Source of the DNA: Mobula hypostoma
Taxonomy: Eukaryota
Direction of reading: 5' to 3'
Assembly (NCBI RefSeq): GCF_963921235.1
Contig: NC_086097.1
Coordinates: forward strand, 230,208,001 to 230,272,000
DNA length: 64,000 bases
Under the pieces are notes generated by a model. It worked only from the letters and a program-made list of their open reading frames with translations, did no database searches and was not told the DNA's origin. Made by a program: the position numbers and the translations under genes. How positions within the stretch are numbered: the first letter of the stretch is position 1; every line of letters starts with the position of its first letter. Shown here piece by piece: positions 1 through 13,104 of the stretch.

Positions 1-765
1 TACTCTATACCTCTAGAAATGAATGCCAACATTGCATTCGCCTTCTTCACTACTGACTCAACCTGGAGGTTAACTTTAAGGGTATCCTGTACGAGGACTC
101 CCAAGTTCTGTTGCATCTCAGAACTTCGAATTCTTTCCCCATTTAAATAATACTCTGCCCGTTTATTTTTTCTGCCAAAGTGCATAACCATACACTTTCC
201 AACATTGTACTTCATTTGCCACTTCTCTGCCCATTCTTCCAATCTATCCAAGTCTCTCTGCAGACTCTCCGTTTCCTCAGCACTACCGACCCCTCCACCT
301 ATCTTCGCATCGTCAACAAATTTAGCTACAAAGCCATCTATTCCATAATCCAAATCGTTGATGTACAATGTAAGAAGAAGCGGCCCCAACACGGACCCCT
401 GTGGAACACCACTGGTAACCGGCAGCCAACCAGAATAGGATCCCTTTATTCCCACTCTCTGTTTCCTGCCAATCAGCCAACGCTCTATCCATGTATGTAA
501 CCTTCCTGTAATTCCATGGGCTCTTATCTTGTTAAGTAGCCTCATGTGTGGCACCTTGTCAAAGGCCTTCTGAAAATCCAAATATACAACATCCACTGCA
601 TCTCCCTTGTCTAGCCTACTGGTAATTTCCTCAAAAAATTGTAATAGGTTTGTCAGGCAGGATTTTCCTTTAAGGAATCCATGCTGAGTTCTGCCTATCT
701 TGTCATATGCCTCCAGGTACTCTGCAACCTCATCCTTGACAATCGACTCCAACAACTTCCCACCT
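1..765 (-). mobile_element. CR1 LINE RT fragment (continues off window start)
   Basis: Minus strand reads CR1 RT motifs (VYLDFQKAFDKVPH, SGVPQGSVLGP, KFVDD). Confidence 0.88.
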
Positions 766-1177
766 CCAACATCTTCCGGAACTGCGTAATACTATAAGTA
801 GCTTTTCAGTGTGTCTTTTACTGAAGTGTTCCTGCAATCTTGATGGTTTTAGGGCTTCATCCTTTTTTTTTGGAAGTGCCTGCTCTACTAAAGGTCGGTC
901 AAGTCTCGCGCCTCAAGTTAGGGTGCCGCTTACCGCCACCCCCCGCAAGAGTCTTGGACGCCTCACCCCCCAACGACTTCTATTTCCCCTCTAATGCACC
1001 CTTAATCACCTCTGTTGTAAATCCCTGCACCAAACCAACCGAATCACGTAAAAATTATTATGTTTCAATCTCACTACTAGCAAACAGAATACAAAATAAA
1101 CTATTGTATCTGAGCCTGTGGATTCACTTTCAAGGACACTTCATCTCACGTTCTCGATATTTATTTCTTATTTATTC

Positions 1178-3043
1178 TGGTCTGAACCAGAAAACCAGGT
1201 ATGATTTGCGGAGGGCTATTTCAAGGGCGAAGAGACAATTTTGAACGAGGTTGGGCGACATCGGATGTACGACAACTCTGGTAGGGTTTGCAAGACATTG
1301 CGTCCTACAAAGTGAAACCCAATAGCATGAATGGCAGTGATGCTTCACTACCAGATAAACTCAATGCCTTCTATGCCTGCTTTGAAAGGGAGAATATGAC
1401 TACAGGTGTGAAGATCCCTGCTGCACCTGATGACCCTGCGATCTCTGTCTCAAAGGCCGATGTTAGGCTGTCTTTAAAGAGTGTGAACCCTTGTAAGGTG
1501 GAAGGTCCTGATCAGGTACCTTGTAAGGCTCTGAAAACCCGTGTCAATCAACTGGCAAGAGTATTCAAGGACGTTTTCAACCTCTCACTGCCACGGGCGG
1601 AATTTCCCACTTGCTTCAAAAAGGCAACAATTATACTAGTGCCAAAGAAGAATAATGTGAGCTGCCTTAATGACTATCGCCTGGTAGCACTCACATCTAC
1701 AGTGATGAAATGCTTTGAGAGGTTGGTCCTGACTAGACTGAACTCATGCCTCAGCAAGGACCTAGACCCATTGCAATTTGCCTATCGCCACAATAGGTCA
1801 ACAGTAGAAGCAATCTCAATGGCTCTTCACACGGCCTTAGACTACCTGGACAATACAAACACTTATGTCAGGATGCCATTCATTGACTATAGCTCAACAT
1901 TTAATACCATCATTCCCACAATCCTGATTGAGAAGTTACAGAACCTGGGCCTCTGTGCCTCCCTCTGCAATTGGATCCTCATCTTTCTAACCAGAAGACC
2001 ACAATCTGTGTGGATTGGTGGTAACAGCTCCTCCTTGCTGACGATCAACACTGGTGCCCCTCAGGGCTGTGTGTTTAGCTAACTGCTCTACTCTCTCTAT
2101 ACCCATGACTGCATGGCTAGACATAACTCAAATACCATCCATAAATTTCCTGATGATACAACCATTGTTGGTAGAATATCAGATGGAGACGAGAGGGCGT
2201 ACAGGAGCAAGATATGCCAACTAGTGGAGTAGTGTCGCAGTGACAACCTGGAACTCAACATCAGTAAGATGAAAGAGCTGATGGTGGAAGTCAGGAAAGG
2301 GTAAGACGAAGGAACACATACCAATCATCATAGAGGGATCAGAAGTGGAGAGAGTGAGCAGTTTCAAGTTCCTGGGTGTGAAGATCTCTGAGGATCTAAC
2401 CTGGTCCCAACATGTTGATGCAGTTATAAAGAAGGCAAGACAGTGGCTATACTTCATTAGGAGTTTGAAGAGATTTGGTATGTCAACAACTACACTCAAA
2501 AACTTCTATAGATGTACCGTGGAGAGCATTCTGACAGGCTGCATCACTGTCTGGTATGGGGTTATGGAGAGGCTATTGCACAGGCCTGAGAGAAGCTGCA
2601 GAGGATTGTAAATCTCGTCAGCTCCATCTTGGGTACTAGCCTACAAAGTACCCAGGACATCTTCAAGGAGCGGTGTCTCAGAAAGGCAGAGTCCATTATT
2701 AAGGACCTACAACACCCAGGGCATGCCCTTTTCTCACCATTACCATCAGGTAGGAGGTACAGAAGCCTGAAGGCACACACTCTGTGATTCAGGAACAATT
2801 TCTTCCCCTCTGCCATCCGATTCCTAAATGGACATTGAACCCGTGAGCACTACTTCACTTTTTAATATATATTATTTCTGTTTTTGCATGATTTTTAATC
2901 TATTCAATATACATATACTGTAATTGATTTATTCATTATTATTATTTTTTTCTTCTTCTACATTATGTATTGTATTGAAGTACTGCTGCTAAGTTAAGAA
3001 ATTTCACGATACATGCTGGTGATAATAAACCTGATCCTGATTC
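1178..3043 (+). mobile_element. Rex1/Babar-clade LINE, 5'-truncated and disrupted, nested in a 3'-UTR fragment of a related element (1120-1177 and 3044-3241)
   Basis: ORFs 1288-2082 and 2345-2611 carry NDYRxVALTSTVMKCFERLV, DPLQFAY, TGAPQGCV, KFPDD. AATAAA then a CTGATT-type tail. Host 3' UTR resumes after the tail and ends in (ACTTTGA)n. Confidence 0.85.
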
Positions 3044-3261
3044 TTTCTTTTTGTATTTGCAGTTTGTTGTCTTTTGCACACTGGTTGACCACTCAAATTA
3101 GTGCGGACTTTCATTGACTCTATTATGGTTATTACTCTATTATAGATGTATTATGTATGCCCACAAGAAAATGAACCTTAGGGTTGTATATTGTGACATA
3201 TATATACATATATTGATAATAAGTTTACTTTGAACTTTGACCTTCTTTAATTCATCCACTT

Positions 3262-5346
3262 AGAACATACATAGAACAGTATAGCACAGTACAGGCCCTT
3301 CGGCCCACAATGTTGTGCCGACCCTTAAACCCTGCGTCCCATATAACCCCCGACCTTAAATTCCTCCATATACCTGTCCAGTAATCTCTTAAATTTCACT
3401 AGTGTATCTGCCTCCACCACTGACTCAGGCAGTGCATTCCACACACCAACCACTCTCTGAGTTAAAAACCTTCCTCTAATATCCCCCTTGAACTTCCCAT
3501 CCCTTACCTTAAAGCCATGTCCTCTTGTATTGAGCAGTGGTGCCCTGGGGTAGGCACTGGCTATCCACTCTATCTATTCCTCTTATTATCTTGTACACCT
3601 CTATCATGACTCCTCTCATCCTCCTTCTCTCCAAAGAGTAAAGCCCTAGCTCCCCTAATCTGTGATCATAATGCATACTCTCTAAACCAGGCAGCATCCT
3701 GGTAAATCTCCTCTGTACACTTTCCAATGCTTCTACATCCTTCCTATAATGAGGCGACCAGAACTGGACACAGTACTCCAAGTGTGGCCTAACCAGAGTT
3801 TTATAGAGCTGCATCATTACCCAGCGACTCTTAAACTCTATCCCTCGACTTATGAAAGCTAACACCCCATAAGCTTTCTTAACTACCCTATCTACCTGTG
3901 AAGCAACTTTCAGGGGTCTGTGGACATGTACCCCAAGATCCCTCTGCTCCTCCACACTTCCAAGTATCCTGCCATTTACTTTGTACTCTGCCTTGGAGTT
4001 TGTCCTTCCAAAGTGTACCACCTCACACTTCTCCAGGTTAGACTCCATCTGCCACTTCTCAGACCACTTCTGCATCCTGTCAATGTCTCTCTGCAATCTT
4101 CGACAACCCTCTACACTATCCATAACACCACCAATATTTGTGTCGTCTGCAAACTTGCCAACCCACCTTTCTACCCCCTCATCCAGGTCATTAAAAAAAA
4201 TAACGAAAAGTTGAGATCCCAGAACCTATCCTTGTGGGACACCGCTCGTCACAACCCTCCAATCCGAATGTACTCCCTCTACCATGACCCTCTGCCTTCT
4301 GCAGGCAAGCCAATTCTGAATCCACCTGGCCAAACTTCCCTGGATCCCATGCCTTCTGACTTTCTGAATAAGCCTACCATGTGGAACCTTGTCAAATGCC
4401 TTACTAAAATCCATATAGATCACATCCACTGCACTACCCTCATCTATATGCCTGGTCACCTCCTCAAAGAACTCTATCAGGCTTGTTAGACACGATCTGC
4501 CCTTCATAAAGCCATGCTGACTGTCCCTGATCAGACCATGATTCTCTAAATGCTCATAGATCCTATCTCTAAGAATCTTTTCTACAGCTTTCCCACCACA
4601 GATGTAAGGCTCACTGGTCTATAATTACCTGGACTATCCCTACTACCTTTTTTCGAATAAGGGGACAACCTTGTTCAAACATTTGCCTCCCTCCAATCCA
4701 CCGGTACCATTCCCGTGGACAACGAGGACATAAAGATCCTAGCCAGCGGCTCAGCGATCTCTTCCCTTGCCTTGTGAAGCAGCCTGGGGAATATTCCATC
4801 AGGCCCTGGAGACTTATCTGTCTCAATGTATTTTAAGAACTCCAACACCTCTTCTCTCTTAATATCAACATGCTCCAGAACATCAACCTCACACATATTG
4901 TCCTCACCATCACCAAGTTCCCTCTCATTGGTGAATACCGAAGAGAAGTATTCATTGAGGACCTCGCTCACTTCCACAGCCTCCAGGCACATCTTCCCAC
5001 CTTTATCTCTAATCAGTCCTACCTTTACTCCTGTCATCCTTTTGTTCTGCACATAATTGAAGAATGCCTTGGGGTTTTCCTTTACCCTACTTGCCAAGGC
5101 CTTCTCATGCCCTCTTCTTGCTCTTCTCAGCCCCTTCTTAAGCTTCTTTCTTGCTTCCCTATATTCCTCAATAGACCCAGCTGATCCTTGCTTCCTAAAC
5201 CTCATGTATGCTGCCTTCTTCCACCTGTCTAGATTCTCCACCTCACTTGTCACCCATGGTTCCTTCACCCTACCATTCTTTATCTTCCTCACCAGGACAA
5301 ATTTATCTCTAACACCCTGCAAGAGATCCCTAAATATCGACCACAT
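3262..5346 (-). mobile_element. CR1 LINE ORF2 (RT and C-terminus) with 3' tail
   Basis: ORFs 4675-5358, 4226-4507 and 3509-4123 are frameshifted pieces of CR1 ORF2 (KSPGPDGI, DFSKAFDKVPH, VRPHLEYCVQFWSP). TTCTATG-type tail near 3262. Confidence 0.92.
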
Positions 5347-5659
5347 AACTATACTCACATAACTTACATAACTATAATCAGTGGATTAGCTGAGGAAAAC
5401 CTAGAATAATTAAGGACTTTTAGTAAAATGTATAGAAATTGATTTTAGAGTAAAAGAATGGCTAGGTAGAGAGAAATTCTCTTTAGAGAACACAAAAGTC
5501 TTGAAAACACAGTAGGCAGGTAGGATTTTTAACAAATGTTCCTCCTCAATATTTACTGAGGAGAAAGTTTTGATTGCTCAAGAGTTGGGTGGAGATGTTT
5601 TTGGAGGACATTCATATTACTCGGAAGGTGGTACTTGCAGCCTTACCATACATTCAGGT

Positions 5660-8225
5660 GGATTAATCCCAGGGTATGCCTGAGTGCATCTTTGGACTTT
5701 GTGGGAGGCTAGAGAGGAAATGGTGGAGGCCTGTGAGAAGATATTTGCTTCATCATTACCCACTGGTGAAGTTCCTGAAGACTGGAAGGTGACTAATGCT
5801 GCTCCACTTTTTTAAAAAGCTCAACCCAGGGAACTACAGGCCAGTCTGCCTGACGTCAGTAGTGGGGAGGTAACTGGAGGTATTCTGAGGACAGGATCTA
5901 CCAGCATTGGGAAAGACAGAATTTGATTAGGCTGAGTCAGCATGGCTTCGTGCATGGAAAGCTGTGCTTAACGAAAAGTTTAGAATTTTTCGAAGAGGTA
6001 ATCATAAATATATAGATGTAGGTAGGGTAGTGGATGTTGTCTATTTGGACTTCAGCAAAGACTTCAACAGGATTCCACATGGTCTAGGTTAGGTCCCATG
6101 GTTTCCAGGAGAGCTGGTTAGGTTAATTCAAAATGGTCTCTGAGGTAGGAAACAAAGGATGGTGGTTGAAGATTATTTTTTGGAATGGAGGCCAGTGATT
6201 TGTAGCATCCCACAGGGATCAGTGTTAGGAACCTTGTTTTTTTTTTATGGGTGGTTTGGATGGGAATGCACAAGCTTTGATCAGTAAGTTTGTAAATGAC
6301 ATGATCGGACAAAGTCAGCATGGATTTGTGAAAGGAAAATCATGTCTGACGAATCTCATAGAATTTTTTGAGGATGTAACTAGTAGAGTGGATAGGGGAG
6401 AACCAGTGGATGTGGTATATTTGGATTTTCAAAAGGCTTTTGACAAGATCCCACACAGGAGATTAGTGTGCAAACTTAAAGCACACGGTATTGGGGGTAA
6501 AGTATTGGTGTGGGTGGAGAATTGGTTAGCAGACAGGAAGCAAAGAGTGGGAATAAACGGGACCTTTTCAGAATGGCAGGCGGTGACTAGTGGGGTACCG
6601 CAAGGCTCAGTGCTGGGACCCCAGTTGTTTACAATATATATTAATGACTTGGATGAGGGAATTAAATGCAGCATCTCCAAGTTTGCGGATGACACGAAGC
6701 TGGGTGGCAGTGTTAGCTGTGAGGAGGATGCTAAGAGGACGCAGAGTGACTTGGATAGGTTGGGTGAGTGGGCAAATTCATGGCAGATGCAATTTAATGT
6801 GGATAAATGTGAAGTTATCCACTTTGGTGGCAAAAATAGGAAAACAGATTATTATCTGAATGGTGGCCAATTAGGAAAAGGGGAGGTGCAACGAGACCTG
6901 GGTGTCATTATACACCAGTCATTGAAAGTGGGCATGCAGGTACAGCAGGCGGTGAAAAAGGCAAATGGTATGCTGGCATTTATAGCGAGAGGATTCGAGT
7001 ACGGGAGCAGGGAGGTACTACTGCAGTTGTACAAGGCCTTGGTGAGACCACACCTGGAGTATTGTGTGCAGTTTTGGTCCCCTAATCTGAGGAAAGACAT
7101 CCTTGCCATAGAGGGAGTACAAAGAAGGTTCACCAGATTGATTCCTGGGATGGCAGGACTTTCATATGAAGAAAGACTGGATGAACTGGGCTTGTACTCA
7201 TTGGAATTTAGAAGATTGAGGGGGGATCTGATTGAAACGTATAAGATCCTAAAGGGATTGGACAGGCTAGATGCAGGAAGATTGTTCCCGATGTTGGGGA
7301 AGTCCAGAACGAGGGGCCACCGTTTGAGGATAGAGGGGAAGCCTTTTAGGACCGAGATTAGGAAAAACTTCTTCACACAGAGAGTGGTGAATCTGTGGAA
7401 TTCTCTGCCACAGGAAACAGTTGAGGCCAGTTCATTGGCTATATTTAAGAGGGAGTTAGATATGGCCCTTGTGGCTACGGGGGTCAGGGGGTATGGAGGG
7501 AAGGCTGGGGCGGGGTTCTGAGTTGGATGATCAGCCATGATCATAATAAATGGCGGTGCAGGCTCGAAGGGCCGAATGGCCTACTCCTGCACCTATTTTC
7601 TATGTTTCTATGAAATTATTTGTTGATAGTGAAAAAGGTGATGGTAGATTACAAGGGGATCATGATCAGTTTGGGAAGTGGGCCAAGGAGTGATAAACAG
7701 GTATCTATACAGCTGAGTGTGACGTGATGCACTTTGGAAAGTCAGTTCAGTGTAAGACTTGTACTATAAATGGTAAGGCACTAGGGAGTGCAATGGAACA
7801 GAGCGACTTTGAAATATGTGCATAGTTCATTGAAAGCAGTATCACAGATGATGGTGAAAAAGACTTTTGGCATCCTGGCTTCCATCAGTCAGGACATTAA
7901 GTACAGGAGCTGGGACATTATGTTGCATTTCTATAAGTCACTGAGGAGGCCACTCTTGGGAGTACTGTGTACAATTTTGGTCACTCTGTTATAGGAAAGA
8001 TGTGGTTAAACTGGAAAGAGTGCAGAAAAGATTTTGAGGTTGTTGCCAGGACTAGAGGGCCTGAGTTAGAGGGAGAGATGAGCCAGGTCAGATCTCTATT
8101 TTTTGGAACATAGGAGAATGAGGGGCAACATCACAAAATGTTTAAAATTATGATAGGTATAGATAAGGTGGACGGTGACAGTCTTTTCCCCAGTGTAGGG
8201 CATGGGACATTACAAGACAGGAACA
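5660..8225 (+). mobile_element. Old degenerate CR1 LINE, interrupted by the young CR1 at 6301-7613
   Basis: Decayed CR1 RT motifs on both sides of the insertion. The host KF(V)ND|MK motif resumes at 7614. Confidence 0.8.
6301..7613 (+). mobile_element. Young 5'-truncated CR1 LINE (uninterrupted RT to C-terminus plus 3' UTR)
   Basis: ORF 6247-7521 with SQHGF, DFQKAFD, GVPQGSVLGP, KFADD. Tail CCTATTTTCTATGTTTCTATG. ATGA duplicated at 6301-6304 and 7610-7613. Confidence 0.95.
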
Positions 8226-8239
8226 GGATCTTCAGCCAC

Positions 8240-8610
8240 GATGATGAAAGGTCTAGATAGAGTGAATTTAGGGGAGTTTAGGACCAGAGGGCACAGTCTC
8301 AGAGTAGACGGACGTCCACTTAGAATGGAGATGAGGAGGAATTTCTTTAGCCAGAGGGTGGTTAATCTGTGGAATTCATTGCAGCGGGTGGCTGTGGAGG
8401 CCAGGTCATAGGATATATTTAAGGCAAAGATTTGCCACAAGATTCATAGTTTCACCATAAGATTGATAGGTTCTTAATTAGTCAGGGTGTGAAAGGTTAC
8501 GGGGAGAAGGCAGGAGAATGGGGTTGAGAGGGAAATGGATCAGCCATGATGAAATGGCAGAGCAGAACTGATGGGCCGAATGACCTAATTCTGCTCTTAT
8601 GTCTTTTGAT
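8240..8610 (+). mobile_element. CR1 3' fragment
   Basis: RTRGHSLR...RRNFFSQRVVNLWNSL followed by a CR1 3' UTR. Confidence 0.8.
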
Positions 8611-9699
8611 GTGCTGCACTAATTATAATGAAATGTTCAACTAATCCCTTCTGCTTACTCTATGTCCATATCTGTTCATTTCCTGCACAGTCATGTATCC
8701 AAGAGGCTCTTGAACACCTCAATCCTACTTGTCTCCACCACCACCCCAGTCAGCGCATTCCGAAACAAAGACAAATAAAAAACTTGTCCTGCATATCGCC
8801 TTTGAACAGCCCCTATCACCTTAAGTGCATATAGGGTAGTTCAAACTTGGCGGTATGGGGTGAGGGTAGTCTTTTATTGATTCTATTATGGTTATTATTC
8901 TATTTTGGATTTATTGAGTATGCCCAAAAGAAAATGAATCTAGTGTTGTACATGGTGACATATATGTAATTTGATAATTAATTTACTTTGAAGACAATTC
9001 AGTTGAATTTGACATCCAAGCTGGAGGAGTCACCTTAAGGAAATTCAAAAAATGATTATGAAAGAATATGGTAATCTTTCATTTAAACTTCCACTGCATT
9101 GACAAATTCTTTGCCTTAGAGTTCAAGTTACAAGGAAACAGAGAACATAAGGAAGTGTCAACTACAGTACCTCAATTATAATGTTTTTACTTATTTGCTT
9201 TCCTGGGAGAAAAAAAACATGTTTGCACTAGGAGTATGTACAAAATTCAAGAAAGGATATCAACTGGGCAAGAATTTGCATTTACTAATAATTAATTATG
9301 AAGGATGAAAATAGAAGGTAAACTCTGCCCTCCAATTTCTTTTCTCGTTTTTTCAGGCAGTACTGAGATTTTCTTTCAAACATAACATTGTAGGAGATGG
9401 GTGTCAACAGTTGCTGGCAAATTTTTCTGCCCATCTCAAACTCGGCCTTAACCTCAACCTCCAGGAATTACAGTTGCCTGTGGTAAAGATATTCCTTCAG
9501 CGCTGAGCAGGGAGATCCAGGGATCTCAAACAGTGATACATTTCCAAGGTGGATGGTGTGTCATTTGAAGGTGGCAACTTTTGACTAACATCTGCTGCCT
9601 GTATTATTCTGGGAGGTAGCAATCATGGATTTGGAGCCTCTCTTAAAGAAGCTTTGGCAAATTACTGCAACGCTTCTTCATAAATAATACAATATAGTT

Positions 9700-10140
9700 A
9701 GTGTGGAGTCGTGTCGTAACAGAAACGGGCTCTTTAGCCCACCTAGTCCACGCTAAACTTTCATTCTGCCTAGTCCCATTTACCTGCATTTGGACCATAG
9801 CCCTCCATATCCACCCTGCACCCCCCCACCACCACCAACCCATGTACTTATCCAAACTCCTCTTAAATATTGAAATTGAGTACGCATCAACCACTTCCAC
9901 CAACCCTCTGGCCTTCCCCCTCATGTTCCCCTTAAACATTTCACCTTTCACCCTTAACCCATGACCTCTAGTATTGATAGGGTGAATGCCTGTTTGCATT
10001 CACCCTATCGATACCACTCAATTTTATAAATGTCGAGTAAATCTTCACATTCTCCCATACGCCAGGGAATAAACCTATTCAACCTTTCCCTATAATTCAG
10101 GTCCTCAAGTCCCGGCACCGTCCTTGTAAATTTTCTCTGT
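9700..10140 (-). mobile_element. Degenerate CR1 3' fragment
   Basis: RKFTRTVPGLEDLNYRERL and TRGHGLRVKG motifs on the minus strand. Confidence 0.72.
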
Positions 10141-10235
10141 TCACCATTGTAATGTTTTAAGTTGATAAAGGGGGCATTGATTAAGTGGAGTATATGTGCT
10201 GGATAGTGTTGAGCGGATTCAATGTTTTTGGAGTT

Positions 10236-11506
10236 ATAGAAACATAGAAAATAGGTGCAGGAGTAGGCCATTCGGCCCTTCGAGCCTGCACCGCCATTTA
10301 TTATGTTCATGGCTGATCATCCAACTCAGAACCCTGCACCAGCCTTCCCTCCATACCCCCTGATCCCCGTAGTCACAAGGGCCATATCTAACTCCCTCTT
10401 AAATATCGCCAATGAACTGGCCTCAACTCTTTCCTGTGGCAGAGAATTCCACAGATTCACCACTCTCTGTATGAAGAAGTTTTTCCTAATCTCGGTCCTA
10501 AAAGGCTTCCCCTCTATCCTCAAACTGTGGCCCCTCGTTCTGGACTTCCCCAACATTGGGAACAATCTTCCTGCATCTAACCTGTCCAATCCCTTTAGGA
10601 TTTTATACGTTTCAATCAGATCCCCCCTCAATCTTCTAAATTCCAATGAGTACAAGCCCAGTTCATCCAGTCTTTCTTCATATGAAAGTCCTGCCATCCC
10701 AGGAATCAATCTGGTGAACCTTCTTTGTACTCCCTCTATGGCAAGGATGTCTTTCCTCAGATTAGGGGACCAAAACTGCACACAATACTCCAGGTGTGGT
10801 CTCACCAAGGCCTTGTACAACTGCAGTAGTACCTCCCTGCTCCCGTACTCGAATCCTCTCGCTATAAATGCCAGCATACTGTTCGCCTTTTTCACCGCCT
10901 GCTGTACCTGCATGCCCACTTTCAATGACTGGTGTATAATGACACCCAGGTCTCATTGCACCTCCCCTTTTCCTAATTGGCCACCATTCAGATAATAATC
11001 TGTTTTCCTATTTTTGCCACCAAAGTGGATAACTTCACATTTATCCACATTAAATTGCATCTGCCATGAATTTGCCCACTCACCCAACCTATCCAAGTCA
11101 CCCTGCATCCTCTTAGCATCCTCCTCACAGCTAACACTGCCACCCAGCTTCGTGTCATCCGCAAACTTGGAGATGCTGCATTTAATTCCCTCATCCAAGT
11201 CATTAATATATATTGTAAACAACTGGGGTCCCAGCACTGAGCCTTGCGGTACCCCACTAGTCACCGCCTGCCATTCTGAAAAGGTCCCGTTTATTCCCAC
11301 TCTTTGCTTCCTGTTTGCTAACCAATTCTCCACCCACACCAATACCTTACCGCCAATACCGTGTGCTTTAAGTTTGCACACTAATCTCCTGTGTGGTACC
11401 TTGTCAAATGCCTTTTGAAAATCCAAATATACCACATCCACTGGTTCTCCCCTATCCACTCTACTAGTTACATCCTCAAAAAATTCTATGAGATTCGACA
11501 GACATG
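10236..11506 (-). mobile_element. Young 5'-truncated CR1 LINE, same subfamily as 6301-7613, inverted
   Basis: ORFs 10953-11459 and 10326-10925 are nearly identical to 6247-7521, split by a CGA>TGA change at 10955-10953. Same 3' tail. Confidence 0.95.
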
Positions 11507-11729
11507 CCTACCTTTGGAGCGTAAAGAATACACTATCACATATCTGATTAATGCCTTGAGAGGCATTTTGAGGAAGTCAGAAAGTGGTTTATTTTCTCAC
11601 TGGAGAATACCTGCCTCTGGTCCTTTATGGTCACAGTATTTATGTTAAGTTTCTGGTCAGGTTTGAAGTCCATTCTGGTGGAAGTGTGGGAAAGGAGAGT
11701 TCAACAACAGTAATGGAAAGACAAAATTC

Positions 11730-13104
11730 AGATTACAAAACATTTATATTTTAATTTCAAAGACTTTTGACAGGCAAAAGTAAAACTTCTGAAAAAAGTT
11801 AAGTTTCATATTGTTCAAACCAGTTACAGAACAAAATAAAGTACGACTGAATAATCTAACTCAACATTGTTGGTACAATGGGCTGATCACCAAACATTTA
11901 TGCAGACTGTGGTATCTACGTATTTTAAATGCAAGCACAATGCTTCCATCACATTGCAAAAGTCTGAATACAGTGCACTGCCACAGACTGGGCTTTAAAC
12001 ACTTATATGAATATTTTAATCATATTTACTAAACTCTGAGTTGTACACAAGACAATTTAATCTAACTTTAACTATCAGTTAATATAACACTTATTTGATT
12101 TCAATTAAAAAGTATTTACAGGCAAATATCAAAAAAATTACTATAATTATCAGCAGACAGCTCCCTTAAAGAGTTTTTCTTTAAAATACAAGTATAGACA
12201 AAAATGTTAAGAACAGTGTTGCACCAAATTGTTCAATTGCTAAACTATTGAAGATGTCTGATTCTGTTGCCATTTATCCTGTTCCAGAACTCAATCTTCA
12301 ATTTGACTAAAAAAAATATTGAATGTGAATCTTGGATTACATCATATTCTCTGCTCAAAGCAGTAAAGATTAAACACTATAGTTATTTTTTTTCACAAGA
12401 TATGCAGTATAAAGCAATCTGCATATTCAACAAATATCTCTTGTATCACTTGCTGGTATGAAGCAAGACAAAATGTTAAAGGCTTATATAAGTAAATTGC
12501 TTTTGATATTCTTAAAGAAGCTTGGAAAAAAATTAACAGTATTACAAAAATTAAACAATATTCTTTTATTTAAGAATACTTAAAATTCAAGCATAAATTC
12601 TTCACACCAAATTAGTAATATTTCTATATGTATAGTACAGTGGATAATCAAAAAAAAAAGACATGCTGAAATCCTAACCCTGAAGAATCTTAATCCTAAT
12701 GCCCATTTCTTACCAGAATATAGTCAAATAGACTGCTGTGGCAGGCCAAAACATTAAAAGCAACTTTACTAAAAAAAAATTAAAACTGCAATACACTATT
12801 CAATATATTTATATTATTGCACCATACAGGGATTAAGGCATTAATGACATTTGAAATATTCAATTACGTAATTTATTCTGTTGTCCCAAGTGGCCAACCC
12901 AACTTAAAAAAAATCCTTATACAGTGCAACAATTTATACTAAATATATTAGCTTATGTACACTCAGGACAGAAAAAACAGCCTTCTTTATACAAATTGTA
13001 AAAAGGAACAGAATTTAACAGAAAAATATACAAGGATCACATTTACTGATGCAGCCATCTACATTATTCAGAAATATACCAGAAATGGGGACATTAACAT
13101 TAAA
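11730..13104 (-). other. ZBTB14: ZBTB14 3' UTR with poly(A) signals
   Basis: AT-rich, repeat-free 1.4 kb after the stop codon. Minus-strand ATTAAA at 11755-11750 and TATAAA at 11748-11743 are followed by a U-rich tract. Additional AATAAA at 12570-12565 and 12877-12872. Cleavage site is approximate. Confidence 0.7.

Noticed and set aside
766..1120. ORFs 809-994 and 840-1244 and a mildly CpG-rich patch
   Set aside because: No homology recognised; sits between LINE fragments and is probably a retroelement UTR remnant. Cannot be assigned from sequence alone.
6247..7521. 424-aa RT ORF as a domesticated gene or retron/DGR-like system
   Set aside because: It is a 5'-truncated CR1 with LINE tail and TSD and an inverted sister copy; no template repeat, msr/msd or accessory genes.
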